Source: Podarcis vaucheri
Lineage: Eukaryota
Direction: 5' to 3' (one strand)
Length of the DNA: 64,000 bases
NCBI GenBank assembly: GCA_965113315.1
Contig: OZ220365.1
Every line of letters begins with the position of its first letter. Within the stretch, counting starts at the first letter, position 1. The translations under genes and the position numbers were made by a program. This document shows, one piece after another, positions 61,567 to 64,000 of this stretch. The notes below the pieces were generated by a model that saw nothing but the letters and a program-made list of their open reading frames with translations, was not told the origin of the DNA and did no database searches.

Positions 61567-61656
61567 CATAGCTGTCAACGTTTCCCTTTGTTTAAGGGAA
61601 ATTCCCTTATTCCGAATAGGATTCCTTGCAAGAAAAGGGAAAAGTTGACAGCTATG
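61567..61656. mobile_element. hAT MITE of about 90 bp (opposite orientation)
   Basis: TIR CATAGCTGTCAAC; TSD CCAAAGAG/CCAAGGAG. Confidence 0.9.
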
Positions 61657-61930
61657 CCAAGGAGCGACATAACCAAAGAGCAAGAGTACCTACTTTCTTC
61701 TTGTGGTTGTCGATGCTGAGTGAATAAAGGGGGAAAAAAGAGCAAACAGTAACAAAGGACATGAAAAGAGAAACTAGGACTCAGAACAGAGATATACGCT
61801 ACAAAACCCAAGTTCGCTGAAGCTTCAGTGCTTTCGAAAACAACCTCATAATCAGCATGCCACAGCATTCTGCCAGGTTAAATGTGAGATGATAGTGATT
61901 TTTATAGTGAGGGTAAACACACACCCAAAT

Positions 61931-62084
61931 GATCTGTGGTGCAAGGGGTCATTGTGCCTGGCTTTTCACCAGAAGGTGGGTGGTTTGAGCCCCCCCCCCC
62001 GGGATGGCTGTGGTCAGGATTCCTGCATTGCAGGGGGTTGGACTAGATGACCCTTGGGATCCCCTCCAACTCTACGATTCTGCG
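61931..62084 (+). mobile_element. tRNA-Asn-like-headed, CR1-tailed SINE
   Basis: TCTGTGGTGCAAGGGGTCATTGTGCCTGGCTTTTCACCAGAAGGTGGGTGGTTTGAGCCC aligns with tRNA-Asn as recalled; followed by ATTCCTGCATTGCAGGGGGTTGGACTAGATGACCC...CCAACTCTACGATTCT. Confidence 0.7.
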
Positions 62085-63093
62085 AGGCATTTTAATGAGA
62101 TGAATGGGCCTTAGGAAATGGGGAAGGAAGGAGCAGGGAAGAGGGTGGGTGGAGGGACAGAATGACGACAGCGGAATGTTGATATTCTTGCAAATGGTGG
62201 AAGGAGAGCAAAGTGACGTCTGAAATTGTGAAGTGGTGTTTTGAGTTTTGAAGTACAGTCAGCTCTCTTCCTTGTCCATGAAGAAGAAAACAAAGATCAT
62301 CGTGGGTGGGTAGGACAGATGTCCATGTGAATAAGACAGATACTTTCTAAAGATGAGGCAGCTTCTAAATACCAAGTTGTTTTCTACACAATTTCAAGCC
62401 CACTTGAATGCTCTGAAGTTCACTTCTGAGTAAAAATCCTCCGTGTCACTCAGAGATAGGACGGCTCATGAATCATAGTTCAGCTCCACAATCAGGTACG
62501 ATTTGTCACCAGTTCGGAACCCTGCAGGTTATGAAATGTTCCATTTTAGACATTGTCCTATGAACCTTCCAGATTTTATTGCTCTACACTAGATCCTGGG
62601 GCTGAGCATAAATTGCCAAGTCTGAAAGGCAGCCTTGCCATCTATTTTCTCACCAGTATCCTTGATCAACAACTAGCTTTTTCAAGGTCATTTAAAGTTC
62701 AGGGCAAAGCCATGTGGTCTGCATGGCTGCCAAAGCCAATATCCTCTTGCTGAGTTCAGTATGATGGTGGTTTCACACTGATGTGCTATATACTGCACCT
62801 GGCTCTCAGTGGCAAGGAGGCAGTCTGTGGGTACAAGCACCATGTGAGGAACTGGTGCGTTGCAGAACCCTGCATATTATTGGAGTCAGCTGCCTGAATT
62901 TCCCTCTTATCAGGAGAATTTTCCAGTCCGGGGAAGAAGAAAAGTGCTGGATAACAGGAACCCCAAATACTCAAAAACCAGGAGGTCTGTAAGCCATTAA
63001 CTCCAAATGTTAAAAGAATTAACCAATCAGAAAAAAGTAAAAAAGTTAACCAATCAGATATGACTGTGTGACCAGATGAGTTAAGTCCTAGCA

Positions 63094-63229
63094 CAGGCTT
63101 CCTCAGCCTCGGCCCTCCAGATGTTTTGAGACTACAATTCCCATCATCCCTGACCACTGGTCCCGATAGCTAGGGATCATGGGAGTTGTAGGCCAAAAAC
63201 ATCTGGCAGGCCGAGGTTGAGTAAGCCTG
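63094..63229. mobile_element. hAT MITE (same family as 23926)
   Basis: CAGGCTT...AAGCCTG TIR; perfect TSD TCCTAGCA. Confidence 0.9.
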
Positions 63230-63491
63230 TCCTAGCACTACTTCAAATGATGGCCTCATGGTTTTTGGTACTTTGAAATCAATTGATAATTTTACTGATT
63301 GAAAACATTTTTATAGCACTCTTCATTAAAAAATTCCAGGGAAGTTTGCAACTCAGAAATGCCAATGCATTAAAACAGCCCATTAAAATCCAAAATGTGG
63401 GCCAGTGACTCCCGCAATCAACCCTTTGACGGGCCGTGCAAACGCCACTGCATGAAGATGCCACCCCCCTTCTCAAAGATAGACTATAGAA

Positions 63492-63741
63492 CAGGGGTCA
63501 GCAACCTTTTTCAGCCGTGGGCCGGTCCACCGTCCCTCAGACCATGTTGTGGGCCGGACTATATTTTTTTGGGGAAAATTAATGAATTCCTATGCCCCAC
63601 ATATAACCCAGAGATGCATTTTAAACAAAAGGACACATTCTACTCATGTAAAAACACGCTGATTCCCGGACCGTTTGTGGGCCGGATTGAGAAGGTGATT
63701 GGGCCACATCCGGCCCCCGGACCTTAGGTTGCCTACCCCTG
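63492..63741. mobile_element. hAT (Charlie-like) MITE, 250 bp
   Basis: CAGGGGT...ACCCCTG TIR; TSD CTATAGAA/CTGTAGAA; partial copy at about 43470..43559. Confidence 0.88.
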
Positions 63742-64000
63742 CTGTAGAATACTGACCAAGGCCTAAAACCGCCAAAGTTGTGACGATTTGCTACAGGGAA
63801 GGCAAAACCTGCCAATGCAGGGAAATTCCTTCTCGGTTCTGGAACACAGCAACCATCTTACGACCATAGCAGCGCCCGCTGACCTGGAAGCAAGAGGTTC
63901 ATCTGCAAAAGAAGACCGTGTTATATTTTAGGGAGGGTCGGGAGGGTGAACCTGGAAAGAAAAAATATGAGCACCAGCCCTATTTCCTGCCCTCGCACAC

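Noticed and set aside
1-64000. CRISPR arrays, rRNA genes, prokaryotic operons or intact transposase/RT genes
   Set aside because: Eukaryotic sequence; no regularly spaced repeat-spacer array; all TE ORFs are short truncated fragments.

Overview
Vertebrate genomic DNA, almost certainly a squamate reptile and probably a lacertid lizard (Sauria SINEs, BovB, L2, CR1, Penelope, many hAT and Tc1/mariner MITEs). The only protein-coding gene I can support is ID2 (inhibitor of DNA binding 2, HLH, 134 aa) on the minus strand: CDS join(13247..13594, 11980..12036), non-coding exon 3 about 10704..11352, TATA/Inr promoter at about 13757..13793. The remaining 50 kb upstream is gene-free and holds two more CpG islands with Smad1/5-Smad4 composite BMP-response motifs, several repeat-free blocks that look like enhancers, two solo LTRs with target-site duplications, and many nested TEs. 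Most interesting: (i) SINE-like chimeras in which three different tRNA heads (Ile, Lys, Asn) are fused to the same CR1 3' tail, with CR1 itself in the window; (ii) a composite TIR element carrying an L2 tail, present twice; (iii) a second donor identical to the exon-1 donor and a candidate in-frame 27-nt microexon in ID2 intron 1; (iv) a distributed set of BMP-response elements. All coordinates were read by eye, and TE family names and reference sequences come from memory, not database searches. I see no clearly unprecedented biological system.
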